Shown here piece by piece: positions 41,396 through 55,610 of a stretch of DNA of 64,000 bases (within the stretch, counting starts at the first letter, position 1; the number at the start of each line of letters is the position of its first letter). The stretch is from Eledone cirrhosa (taxonomy: Eukaryota). The notes under the pieces were generated by a model. The model was not told the DNA's origin. It saw only the letters and a program-made list of their open reading frames with translations, and did not search any database. The position numbers were made by a program, and so were the translations under genes. Where the stretch lies: contig OZ024740.1 in NCBI GenBank assembly GCA_964016885.1, positions 49,166,001 to 49,230,000 on the forward strand. Direction: 5' to 3'.

Positions 41396-42064
41396 TTACC
41401 CCCCTTCTCCTCCCTAACCCCTCCTCCTCCCCCTTCATCCCCTCCTCCTCCTCCTCGAACTGATGAGGGCAAAGGAAAAGAAAACCAAGCATTAGTAGAC
41501 TTGGCGACATGTATTTCTCAGTTGTCTTCATTAAAGTTTAGTGGGTAGCCATGATGGCTTCACGTTAGATAACCTTCATTACTGGAGAGCTAAAAGGAGG
41601 AAGTGAGGGAGGGGACAAAACTATAATTGATTTTACTTCTATGGCTCCTTTCTTTGTATGTTTTCTCTCTTGCTCTCTTTTACCCCCCTCTCTCTCTTCT
41701 CCTTTCTTTCTGTCGCACTCTCTCTTTAACACCCACCCACAAACAACATTAAAAACATTAGAGTGTTGGGAAGATTGTTGAACAATGGACGGTAAATACA
41801 AGAGATGTTGACGAGCCAACGATATAGCCTTTACATGGTCGGTCGATCTGCGAGAAACAGCTGTCGAGATTTTCCTCAAATAACACACTACCATTAAAAA
41901 AAAAAAGATGGAGCGATAATATTAGACTAACGGAACCCATAAAAATTCAGTGATCCGAAAAGATATCCAGGTGGAAGTTCAAGTAGAGTCCAGATAAAAA
42001 TCCAGTTCCAGGGTAAAAATCCAATGTAAGAATCCAACGAATTTGAGGGTCCACGTAAGCGTTG

Positions 42065-42130
<66 letters not shown>

Positions 42131-42211
42131 AAAGGTAAATAGAAATAACCCAATCGGTACAGTATATGGAAGGGATATATTAGGTTAACGCTTGATATAG
42201 CAGGAAGAGGG

Positions 42212-42247
42212 TCTTAACGTTTCGGACGCTAGTCCTTCATCAGAAGA
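42212..42247 (-). ncRNA. Ultra-minimal hammerhead motif (loop-less palindromic helix III)
   Basis: UCUU-CUGAUGA-A-GGAC-UAGC-GUCC-GAAAC-GUU-AAGA. Confidence 0.8.
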
Positions 42248-42770
42248 AAGAATGAGAAATAAGATAGATTGAGGGGACGGGTGGGTTGGAATCGGAAAAA
42301 ATGTCTTTAGATAAAAATAACAGGTCCATTCATGTTGACATCTCATAAGAATGGAAGTTAGTAAAATCGAAATTGTGGCGGTCGGCCAACATCCACGAAA
42401 AAACAATTCGGAGCTTGCACGAAGCACTTAATAAGAATGTATCGATAAATCGATAAGTTACATCTTAGAGTAATAAACATACGTTAAATAGCGTGACAAA
42501 CTGAAAACTGTGGTTAAGGGGACAAAGCCACAGAAGCCAACGCAACAACGAAAATAAAATCAGGTTAAATAACAAACCTGGACCGTATCGTAGGATATTA
42601 TACAATATCCGCGATTGGTATATATATATATATATATTAGAGTATGGGGTTAACAGAACAGGGATGTGCTGAATACATTATGGTCTGCTAGTTTGGAAAC
42701 AACAATAACACTAACGAATTACATTCGTTATGAAAGAGTTATTTTGTGAATTTCTAATCTATCATTTTCA

Positions 42771-43258
42771 CTAGCAGAAAAAACACCTTTCGGGTGGTTT
42801 TCTGCTAGCATGTGTAGTGTGCATATTGATATTATACGCAAGTATATATACATGTAGATATGAGACATCAAATAAAACCGTAATTGACAATATCCACAGA
42901 AATTGAACGAAGACGTTGTTACACTGTCTTATGTAATCAGTAACGTAATCCATGATACATTAAAAAAAGACGATATTATATATAAACTGCATTAGGAGAA
43001 AATTAATGACGGAAATATATGAATGTTTATTTAAGCGATCGCTAACCGGAAGTGTTGACATTTGAAAATTTTAAAGAAGCGAATCTTAAAATAAGCAACA
43101 AAATTATTTATATTTAATCAAGAATTACGAAATTTAGTAGATAAATTATGTAATATTCATTCATTATTTATTCAAAGTAATCCAACTTATTTTACAAACG
43201 GGATAAAAAAAAAAATTGTGGACGCAGTCCCGCACTCCTTACTTTATTATAGTTTAGA
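42771..43258 (-). mobile_element. Non-autonomous Helitron
   Basis: The minus strand starts A|TCTAAACTATAATAAAG and ends with a hairpin and CTAG|T. A second copy lies at 52520-53796. Confidence 0.8.
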
Positions 43259-45066
43259 TACAGCTAGTAAACCTGAATTTTGTTATATTCATGATATCGT
43301 CAGCTCAAATATTTCTTGAGATCTTCTTTTTGTTGGATTGTCAAAATAGTGAAATCGTCTTCAAAGCGAATCGCGTTATTTAGTAACAATGGTGGACTGC
43401 TAGTATCGGTAGAACGTCAAACATGCTTTGCAGCATATAGTTACAGCCCTTTAGGTTCCGAGTTCAAATCCAGCCGAGGTCAACTTTACCTGTGGGGTCA
43501 ATAAAACAAAGCACTAGGGGCGATTTAATTGCCCCCCCCCCCCCCCCCCCAAAAAAAAAAATTCAGAAAAAAATTTGTTCCCATTGTGCCTAATCAGGAA
43601 CCGTTATTTATATAGTAACAACCCTATATGTTCTAAGTTCAAATCCTGAAAAGGTTAACGGTGCTTTCCACATTCACTTCGTCGACAAAAAGTATTACAG
43701 TTAACTACTGGTATTGAATTATTATTCTTTTAAAGCATTCTAATAGAATTATCATATAAGATCAAGACTAATAAATGTGTTTTTAATTCTTCTGATTTTG
43801 GCAGTGACTCTACATCAATTTCGATATGTTCCCCCGGTTTAACATAATCACATAGTTTTAGAGTGCCCCTAGCGGAATTTATTGAATGTTTATAATCTTC
43901 ACATTTTAAAATGTTTTGGTAGATATTAAGTAGTTTTAATCGATGCAAACTTAATATATAATATTTTCTAAATTATCTTAATTAAATTCTTTATATATCT
44001 TCAATTATTTTTCATTCTGTACAATGCATCTTTGATACTTTTTAACTGTCCATGTATGGAATGTTTCGATATTGCCATTCATTGATTTTGGCTGTGACTC
44101 TACAGCAGTTTCGTTACATCTCTCCGGTTTATCATAATCACATAGTTTTAGAGTGTCTCTGGCGGAATTTACTGTACTATGTATTCAGAGAAAACCTCTG
44201 TTCTGTCTTTGACAACAGTTTTCATGCAGATATCAGCAAATATGGCAGCAGCTGCATCACTCTCACTATTCTGGGAGAACCTGGAAAAGTCATGAACACT
44301 GCCTCTTCCCCATTACTAATTAGGGTGTTTAAAAATTAAATTTTCATCTCAACTCTAGTTGTAACCTCTTACACATATCTAGTACCCCAATTGCTTCCCT
44401 TGTTTTGTTTCTTTTATTACCAGTTTTCAGTTGAATTATTTCATTGTTTGTTATCATATTTCCAAAGTAGATCATTTTATCTGATCTATCACACAAGCCA
44501 TTTAAAGTGTTAAAGAATAAAATGTCATATACACGTTTCAATGAATGTTGAAATAAAGAGATCAAAGTAATTAAGATCAAAAGTTTATTTACTTATCTGA
44601 TTCCTCTATCGATTCTGTTATGGTCGGTTGGTTTTGACTAAATTTTCTTGCAAATAGAAAAAGATAAATTATGCTTAATTTCGCATTACAAACATTAAGT
44701 TATTTCCGAAAATATTGGGAGAATTTTCCGACTAAGCCTTATCTACATGGCTATGATAACAATATAAAACACAACATATCGTATGGCAACAGTGTTTTAG
44801 TAGAATATTATACTGCTATATATTAGTCTAATATAGAAGTTGATGGTTAGATGAATATCTTTGTAAGCTTTCATTAAAACACGTTGAATGTTTCAAAGTA
44901 TGTAATCCTCTTTAATGGCTAGTGCAATAAAATGAATCCGAGTTGTAGAGATGGGGCAAATAGTATTGCGGACTATAGGATTTAAAATCTTTATTTACAG
45001 TAAAGTGGTATAGATTTATGACGAAAGATCTCATTAAGGTCTGCTTTGTTTTCTATGTCTACAAAG

Positions 45067-45827
45067 CAGCGTTTCTCAACCAGTGTTCCCCGGAACCCTA
45101 GGGTTCCGCACGAAGTCGTTAGAGGTTCCACAAGAAACAGTGATAAATAAGCTAAAGTATTTTTGAGTAATTTTCGTTTAATTTTATATTCGTAATTTTA
45201 CAAAGGAAAGGGATAATTTTTTCCCTTAAACCAGTTATCCGAAAAAATATATATTATGTTTACGTGAATTAAGATAAATATATAAAAGAGATAGATATTA
45301 ATAATTGTTTCTACTTTTGGCACAAGGCCAGCAATTATATCAGTGTATTACTGGTACTTTATTTTATCGACCCCGTAAGGATGAAAGGCAAAGTTAACCT
45401 CGGGGGGATTTAAACTCAGACCATAAAGGGCCGTAACTTTTTGCTGTAAAGCATGGCGTACGACCCTCTACCGATACTGCCAATCTACATATTAATAATG
45501 GTTTCTTATATAGGCACAAGGCCAGAAATTTTTTGGGGGGGGAGGGAAAAGTCGATGAAATTGACCCTAGTACGTGAATGGTACTTTATTTTATCGACCC
45601 CGTAAGGATGAAAGGCAAAGTTAACCTCGGCGGGATTTGAACTCAGAACATAAAGGGCTGTAACTCTATGCGACAAAGCATGGGGTCCAACCCTTTACCG
45701 ATACTGCCAATCCACAGCCCTTATCCACATATTAATAATGATATATAATAATTTATATGCAGGATTTCCCTGAGACATGAAAACTATTTCAAGGGATCCA
45801 CAATGGTGAAAAGGTTGAGAAATGCTG
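45067..45827. mobile_element. hAT (Charlie-like) MITE containing two minus-strand SINEs (45298-45488 and 45492-45721)
   Basis: TIR CAGCGTTTCTCAACC / GGTTGAGAAATGCTG; imperfect TSD TCTACAAAG / TCTACGAG. Confidence 0.8.
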
Positions 45828-46207
45828 TCTACGAGGTAAATACCAGCTATATATTTGTGTCATGCCAACCAACTAATCAACAACATTCCAACAGAAAGAA
45901 AAAGGTCTTCTCAATTTTATAATAAATGTTAGAAAATGAACGCTATAAGATATATCTCATTTTAAAGGATCAAGTACGTTATTGTATTTGTTGCTTTGTT
46001 GTTAACTGAAAGTTTTTGAGAGGGGCAAGTATGGCTCTGAGGAATAGACCAACTTTTAGCAAGCGCCTGTAGATCAGAGAACACAACTGGGAGAAAACAT
46101 TTGTCCTTGGTAGTCAGTGTAATTCTGGATGTAGAAGGCTTCTTGAATGGCTCGAAGTGTCGGTCTCGCAATTAATTCCTTTTTTATACGTATATTTAGC
46201 ATACATA

Positions 46208-46362
46208 GGCGGAGAATTGGTAGAGTCGGTAGAACGTCAGATAGAATGTTTATGGTATTTGTTCCGGCTCTTTGCTCTCTGATTTCAAATCCCACCGAGG
46301 TCAACTTTGCCTTTCCTCCTTTCGAGGTCGATAAAAAAAGTACCAGTCGTACTGGGGTCGAT
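46208..46362 (+). mobile_element. Diverged tRNA-derived SINE
   Basis: GGCGGAGAATTGGTAGAGTCGG head and the CTTTCCTCCTTTCGAGGTCGATAAAA core. Confidence 0.75.
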
Positions 46363-46559
46363 TCTTCCTCTATATCTCTTTCTCAGTTCCCCTTCCTCAC
46401 TTTCTATCTTTTTCTGGAAGAAATCTGCTGTACTCAGGTCTGGAGAGGGATGGGCTCTACCAGGCTTAAAATACCCAAGAAACACCGTATGTCAATACGG
46501 CGCCCCTACGACTATCAGGAGTTACGGGACCATACATACATTTATCATACACGTTTTTC

Positions 46560-48500
46560 TTAATCTATTCTGGGTAACTTTACCATTTTTGTAATTTGTT
46601 CTTATTTCCTTTGTTGCAAATATTTTTCGGTAGTTTTATTTCTATTACGTGCTGTCAATGCCCTACTAAGCGAAGCTCTGTGAGCCTTGGATATATGGAA
46701 TTTTTGTTTTGTTTTAAAAGTACTCTAGATAATATGTATGCAGTGTGTAGTTGTGATATGTTTTGAATGTTGTGCACATTTGTAAGTCCTTTGACTGCAT
46801 ATCAATCATCTCTATGTGATTATAGTGATTGTTTTTGTTTTCAATCTACAGATCTTTCTATTTATATAATTTCTCCGATTCTTTTAAAGATGATATTATC
46901 GTTTGTTGTGGTTGGTACCTTCATTACGAAGTTCTTCCTTTCTCGATAATCCTTGACACGAATAATCAATCAATTAGCTTGGCTTTTTCTGGCATATTCC
47001 AGAGTATGATTGCTTTATCATCCCTTGAGATCTTTTCTGGCGAATGTTTTTATACCACCTTTTTTTCTGTATGCATTATATAATGATTTCTACTATAGAC
47101 ACAAGGCCAGCAATTTTGGGGAGGGGAAAGTCGATTAAATCGATACCAGTACGTTACTGGTACTTTATTTTGTCGACCCCGTAAGGATGAAAGGCAAAGT
47201 TAACCACGGCTGGATTTGAACTCAGAACGTAACTCTATGCCACAAAGCTTGTTGTCCGACGCTCTACCGATACTGCCAATCTACCGCCCGTGCATACATT
47301 ATATAATGGTGAATTAACTTCCAGTGCATGTACTCTCAAGTCTGTAATGCTTGTAGATGTTTTTCCCTCGCTAAGACTGATTATCGAGAGATTTTCTTGT
47401 TAATTTTTCTTCTCACCCATTACATACTCTACAGTTACTTAATGTATTCGGCTCCATGATATTATTTTCGTGTTTTCTGATGGGGAGGATATTGACCTTG
47501 TGTCACAATCATGAATCTTTAATCTCAGATTTTAACCTGTGATTCTCGGCCAACGCTACAATTTTTCTTTGTCTATTTTCACCTTCTGAAATGGTTTTAA
47601 AATATTGGCTAAGCAGGGGATCTTGCTATCGCATTAGCACGGGAGGTTAACTTTGCCTATCATCCTTACGGGGTCGATAACATAAAGTACCAGTAATACA
47701 CTGGAATATTTGCTGGCCTTGTGCCAAAAGTAGAAACAATTATTTAGTTCTATTTTTTCTTTAATGTTTTAGCTTTATACCAATTTCTGCGCTGTATTCT
47801 TCTTTTTCTTCTCAACTGTCTGTTGTTTCAGTTTTTGTTTTGTGTTTATTGGTGTCCTTGAAGACAATAAACAGTATTTTGGTTTGTAGTAAACTTGGAT
47901 TAGTTTTCCATTAAACTTTAGTAGAAATATTTGTAATCTTACACTGAATATGATATAATGGTTTTCTAATCGTATAACATCCTTATTTTTCTGTATTTGC
48001 GGTAAATATAAGCTTTCTATATCAAATATTTGGTGGTGTATTCTAAATGTAGCCACAATTTTCTTGATTTCTCTCCAGTCTAGCTTGTTCATTTAATGTC
48101 TTGTCGAGAATATTACAACTGGGACATCTAGAGGTTTGCATATAGTTCTGTTTTAAGTATTAATCTAATGCATTTATAATATTCCCCGCTAACAATTTCT
48201 TTCGAAAATTGATGTATGTAGGACATTGTCAAAGGTCTTGCACTCAATCCATGCCTAGAGGGATTTTTTCTCATGCAATCTTTGTTGATCTGTAATTAAA
48301 TTTTGTAGTGTTTGTTATGGTCTGAGAAGATTGTTGAGTTGCTGTGTTTGATGTCTTGAACAAACCTGCTCGGGACGGTGTCGGTGCTGAAATGATTTAA
48401 GTTTTCTTTTAACAAGTTCTTGATAAAATCGTTTTGAGATGGCGTTGAGCATTGCTTTGTTCTATAGAACATTTCATATCAGAGTAGCTAGAGTTCTCAG
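46560..48500 (-). pseudogene. Heavily decayed R4/Dong-like LINE, interrupted by SINEs at 47080-47290 (minus) and 47643-47742 (plus)
   Basis: Minus-strand remnants AWIECKTFDNVLHTSI (RT), RIHHQIFDIESLYLPQ and PEKISRDDKAIILWNMP. Confidence 0.5.
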
Positions 48501-48615
48501 CATCCCAAGGGCAAAGGCACTTTTTGTGTCTTTCCGTTATTTAACAGGCATGACAGACCAGAAGAAATTTTAAGCCGTTCACAAATGCACTAATAGGACT
48601 CCTCTTCATCACAAC

Positions 48616-48914
48616 CAGGGTTGGATTTAGACCTTGGTGGGCCGGGGGCATTTTAGGTTTGGGGGACCTCAATTACACAAAAAATTAGAATCTCTCCCCC
48701 ACCAAAAAAAATTTTACATTTCAAAGTTAGCTGAGCGAAAGTTATTGGAATTGAAAAGTTATATATACAAGTATTAAATTAAAAAATTATAACCATCCTA
48801 AAACTAAAATGCCCAGCTGAGGCCACAAATAAATTTCTACAGCCGTCACTGGTCTCCCAACTGCAGGGGGCCCGGGGCAATTGCCCCCTTTGCTCCCTAT
48901 TAAATCCGACCTTG
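48616..48914. mobile_element. hAT-like MITE
   Basis: TIR CAGGGTTGGATTTA / TAAATCCGACCTTG; 8-bp TSD-like ATCACAAC / CTCGCAAC. Confidence 0.65.
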
Positions 48915-49899
48915 CTCGCAACCACCTTTCTGCACTTCTGGATAGAATCACCCCCCCCCCCCTTCGTATTAATTTTCAACTCGTAGTTTGTGAGTCATTG
49001 TTGATTTCCCACATCACCTTACATCTTCTCTGTTGAGCCTTGCTGCTATAAGCCGTGGAGTGGTTTTCCGTTCCATTTCTTCTTCAGTATAGTTTGCACT
49101 TGTAGCCCTTGTAGCACCAAAAGGGGGTTCCAAGAAATAGATGGCCAATCACTTGATCGCAGCCGTTGTGCTGGTAGTCTTGCGAGGGCACAAGTGTAAC
49201 AGACTTCAAAACAGAAACAACCCTAGTACTGAACTGGTGCTTTATCTATCGATGTCGAAATGATGTAAGGCAAAAGAAACCTCAGCGGGATTTGAACTCA
49301 AAATGCAAAGAGCCAGAACGAATATTGTAGAGCATTCCACCCAACATTACCAATTTCCCGCCTTAGTATGGTTATGTAATTATACAGGATACAAGCTGAG
49401 TATACTGTGCTATTGGATTGAATATGTCTTGCATAGAATAGATTGTGTGTAAAGATGCGGGTCCTGGTATAGTTTCTGTTTTTGTTCAATTACTTTATTA
49501 ATATTCAGTGCGTTAAATATCGTTGTTTGCTTCTATCATACACTTCATTTTGCTTATTTCATTTTGGGGTAATTTTACGTTAGTATCGTTTGTTCCTTTT
49601 TTGAGATGTCTATCAGAGTGTGCAGATTTTCTTTCTGCCTTTGACTGTGAGGTATTCCTTTGATCTCAGTCTTTGATATTAGTTTGCAGAAACATGTATC
49701 AGAATATTGTAACCTTATCAGTTACGCACTGAATTTATTGCGTATTTATGGCATTTATTTTTAGTCTTTGTTGCCATATGGGTATATTGCCCAATGGATA
49801 TTCATACGGCTGTTATGTCTACCCATACACGCAGACAGGTAACCCCCCCCCCACATATATATACAGCTGCGCATGTTCAGTTATACTCATTATATATGT

Positions 49900-51405
<1,506 letters not shown>

Positions 51406-51775
51406 AATTGGAGGCTTAGTAAAATCGACTCTTTGGCGGTGTCCAAGAAAATTCGACCTACAATATGAATGAGTTAGCAAAGCACTCGACAAGGTAGGTC
51501 CTGAGAGTAATAACATACGTTTAAATAGCTTGACAAATTGAACATTGTGGCAGGCAAAATCTAACACACAATACCAAAGTAACGAAAGAACTAACAGGTT
51601 GAGAAATATTATTATAAATATAAATATATATATATATATGCAGAAGTTATATTTAATTTGTTGGGATTCCAACAAACTTAAAAGTTTATAACTGATATAG
51701 AGCACTCAACAGTTAACTGGAGTAAATATTCAATATATTAATAAATGGAAACTATATTTATAAAACCATAATTAT

Positions 51776-51834
51776 TTTATTATATATATTTCAAGGGCAA
51801 CCAAGGCAATCTTGGTGCGCTTTCATCAGATAAA
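51776..51834 (-). ncRNA. Type I hammerhead ribozyme (left arm of an inverted pair)
   Basis: UUUAU-CUGAUGA-AAG..CCAAG/CUUGG..CUU-GAAA-UAUAUA-UA-AUAAA. Confidence 0.8.
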
Positions 51835-51947
51835 ATACAAAATTTGTTTTATAAATAGTGACATAGCCGTGGTAAACAACCAGCGAATGTTCAACCGTCA
51901 AGGTTGTTTTCTACGGCTATGTCACTATTTATAAAACAAATTTTGTA

Positions 51948-52006
51948 TTTATCTGATGAAAGCGCACCAAGACTGCCTTGGTTGTCCTTGAAATATATAT
52001 AATAAA
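51948..52006 (+). ncRNA. Type I hammerhead ribozyme (right arm of an inverted pair)
   Basis: UUUAU-CUGAUGA-AAGCGCACCAAG-ACUGC-CUUGGUUGUCCUU-GAAA-UAUAUA-UA-AUAAA. Confidence 0.8.
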
Positions 52007-52049
52007 ATAATTATGGTTTTATGAATATATTTTCCATTTATTAATATAT

Positions 52050-52080
<31 letters not shown>

Positions 52081-52081
52081 G

Positions 52082-52177
<96 letters not shown>

Positions 52178-52215
52178 CATACATATATATATATGTGTGT
52201 GTGTGTCTAGTCTAC

Positions 52216-52310
<95 letters not shown>

Positions 52311-52519
52311 CTTACTTACGTAAGGCCTTAACAATTAACTTTTCTTTTTTTAAATATAAAAACAAAATTATTTTATATTTATTAAATATGTAACATTTAA
52401 TTTTATAGAGTTTATTTCCCCCATATCAAAGTGTGTGTAAACAAAGCCGTTGACGTAAGATGCACTAAAAACATTTGAAATGTGCGCGTTCCATAATAAT
52501 AGTTGATCATTATAAATAA

Positions 52520-53796
52520 CGAGCAGAAAAACCATCCTTAGAACGGTTTTCTGCTAGCATGAGTAGTGTGTATATTGATATTATACACAAGTATATATAC
52601 ATGTAGATATGATACATCAAATAAAATCGTAATTGACAATATACACAGAAATTGAACGAAGACTGCGTTATACTGTCTTATTGAATCAGTAACGTAATCC
52701 ATGATACATTAAAATAAGACGATATTTAATATATATTTGTGAAATGGGTGGTGGTTGAAGTTCAGATGTGCACGGTTAAATGGTAGTAGACGTGATCGGA
52801 CGGACATGAAAATTTACACACCTATGTAAAAAGTGCCAAGGAAGCAAATAGACGAGGTTTCAAATCTCTAACTTGAAAAATGTGGTCCCTAGGGACCCCA
52901 AACAGTCTATTTACTATCGCGTTCGGTGAGTTATTTCCCCCTGTTCTAATACTTGGCTGAGTTATTTACAATTTCATACAAATTTTTAAACTCATCAACG
53001 TTCTTTCGCTGTTAACATACAGTACCAATAATTTGAAAAATATTATTGAAAGTTTATTATAAAGAAGCAGTTTCAGGAAAAAGTGTAAACTATCATACAA
53101 ACCTTCATAATATGTATTTTTAAATTTGCATATCATCGACATTACTATTTCGCTGTTAATAAACTATCATCCTTCTACATTTAACGATCATACAATACCG
53201 TTTTATGAAATCGATTCTGCAGTACGGTCCATCAAAAGAAATAAAACCCTTAAATTGCGAAGAAGGCACGCGTGTTTTTATTTTAATTCTAATACATGTG
53301 AACCACCACTAACAGTAAGTAGTATTTTTCAAATTGCATATCATCGTCATTGCTATTCCGCTGTTAATAAACAACGCTTTTCACGTCGCTCCACTTCTCA
53401 TTGTACGCCGTCCAGCCCCAAGTGCATATTTCTATTTTTTTCCTGAAACTGCTTCTTTATAATAAACTTTCAATGATATTTTTCAAATTATTAACTTAAT
53501 AAAAAGTGGCCCCGGGTGCAACCGGGCTCAGCTGCTAGCTATATATAAACTGCATTAGGAAAAAAATTAGTGTCAGAAAATTAGTATGTTTATTTAAGCG
53601 ATCGCCATCAGAAATTTTAAAGAAGTGAATATTTAAATAAACAAAATATATTTAATAAACAGCCACGAAATTTAGTAGATAAATTATGTAATATTCATTC
53701 ATTATTTATTCAAAGTAATCCAACTTATTTTACTAATGGGATAAAACATTATAAACCGTACGCAGTCCCGCGCTCCTCCCTTTATTATAGTTTAGA
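52520..53796 (-). mobile_element. Second Helitron copy, interrupted by another Helitron (about 52727-53538, plus)
   Basis: The flanks align to 42771-43258. The insert ends with hairpin GCCCGGG-TGCAA-CCGGGC followed by CTAG. Confidence 0.75.
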
Positions 53797-53989
53797 TAGT
53801 TGAGAAAATCAGGTAAAATATCATTGAGAACGAAAAGATTAGACAGAGGAACCTGAAGGGAACCGAACACGGCATCTTTCGGGTGGCGAACGAATGCGCT
53901 AACCACTACTCCAAAGAACCACTGGATGTAAGGAAATTTAAAGCTTGTAGCTAGAAGTATAAACAAAGCAGATGAATTAAGAAGCAGTG

Positions 53990-54530
53990 GGAAAATGTAT
54001 TCATCAGGTTGCTGATGAAGAAAGTGTTGCTGCGCGTTGCATTCCAGATAATGGGCTTGCCACCGCGGAAAAGGAAGACTGTGATACCATCTGACCTTGT
54101 GCCACCCCCTCAGTCAAAACCCGCCGGTTCGAGCTGCGATATGAAGCCAGCAAGAAGCCATCGGCACAGAGGGGGCATGACAGCAAATGAAGACCGAAAG
54201 GTATCAGTTAACCATGAATGTAAAGCTTTCTGGCAGACATCAATATGGGTTTGGGAAGGAGAGCGAAAATATGTCATACAGTACTGGTCAAGCAGGGGTG
54301 GAAAGCTGTCCGAAGCTTTGTTGTCTGGATTACATTGGGGAGACTGGGCATCCATAGGATGCCAAGTCGGCTCTGAGTTGTTTAGGATGTTTCGCGTTCC
54401 CTGATCGTAGCAAGCTCTGATGTGTGGTGGAGAACCTTGTCGATAAAAATACGACAGGAGTTTAGCTACGAAGGAAGTGTCGGTAATGCTAATAAAACTG
54501 GAGACTAAAGACCAAGGCCATTCCATTTAC
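53990..54530 (-). pseudogene. CRE-like RLE LINE fragment
   Basis: LLAGFISQLEPAGFD*GGGTRSDGITVFLFRGGKPIIWNATRSNTF, homologous to the ORF at 39704. Confidence 0.7.
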
Positions 54531-54534
54531 GAGG

Positions 54535-55610
54535 TAAGGTAGCTTATTGCCGTCTAGTGTCGTCGAACTGGACATTGCATAGGTCCTCCGCACCACGCCG
54601 CAGACAGGCATCGAGATCTGTAAGATAAAATGCATGACTGTAAAAGGGGCCACTGAGAAAGTTATATAAAAGCTTCGGTATGTTGTAGCAGTTCCTCAAC
54701 AGGAAGAGAGCCGGATGCGCGTCACTCAGTACAATCTTTCACACGGTCGAGTCATCGGCGACTAAACCGGCAACTCCACCAAAATGCTTGGTGAGGAGGG
54801 TGATTTTGGACACCCTGCAGGATGAAAAACAAAACCTAACAAAGGTTGGAGGAACTCAATAGTGTCAATGGCCATCCAATACTGTGTACATATGTATATA
54901 TTGTGTGGCTGTATGAATGAGTGTATGTGAGAGTGTTTTGTTTTTACATTTTAATCTTTTGCATTTTAATATCTTTTATATTTTAATATTTTACCCTTTT
55001 ACATTTTTTACTTTTTAATTTATGTCCAAACGCTGGTTGATATTCATTTCCCCCCGTATTTTAATCTATGTACATACACCGGAGCATAGAAATATTTGGG
55101 TTGCTGTCCGAGGACCCCTGATCTTTGTCAAGGCATCCTTCTAGAAGAAAGCTAACTCGTAGAGTTGCAATTTCCTTGTCTCTGGGCTTCTTGGTATTGT
55201 TAGTGAGAGTCGTCTGCAAGCCACATTCGACTTAACATTCTAACAGGGGCATTGCTGACACTTAACACTTAATATTTTGTATTCTTGTCTTTTGAAGTCC
55301 AGTGGTGATAGGAAGGTGGTGACGCGTACATGTCTAACGGGCTGGACGCAGGCTGCCTTTGGTAGATGCAAAGTCACTAGTTTATCGATTTTGGACTGAG
55401 ATGACTTTCAGTTGCTCCAAGGGTGACTGAGGGGATAGAACTGCTCACCAGTAAATCCAGAGGGGTCTAGAAAAGGGAACCCAGGCATTGCCTGCTTCTT
55501 TAATCCTTCCGGCCAGTTTAGCGCGGGTGGCGGATATTCACTTTGTGCTCAAAACAACAAAATGTCTAAAAGATTCAACATGAAATTAAATATATTCTGT
55601 TGGAATGGAC
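54535..55610 (+). mobile_element. 5' UTR and ORF start of an RTE-type LINE
   Basis: Shares blocks with the 5' half of the 600-bp elements and ends in MKLNIFCWN (APE N-terminal WN motif). Confidence 0.55.

Noticed and set aside
41041-41531. His-rich or Met-rich protein
   Set aside because: An (ATG)n microsatellite open in several frames, running into a SINE
43790-44170. Direct repeat of about 90 bp (43790-43880 and 44083-44170) as paired LTRs
   Set aside because: Diverged, with no TG..CA ends, PBS or TSD; treated as a local duplication
53995-54030. CTGATGA motifs on both strands as a hammerhead
   Set aside because: No helix II or GAAA-NUH arrangement; the site lies at the edge of a CRE coding fragment
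54009-54526. Host protein-coding exon (131 and 138 aa ORFs)
   Set aside because: The minus frame continues through a stop into CRE-like nuclease motifs, so it is a retrotransposon remnant
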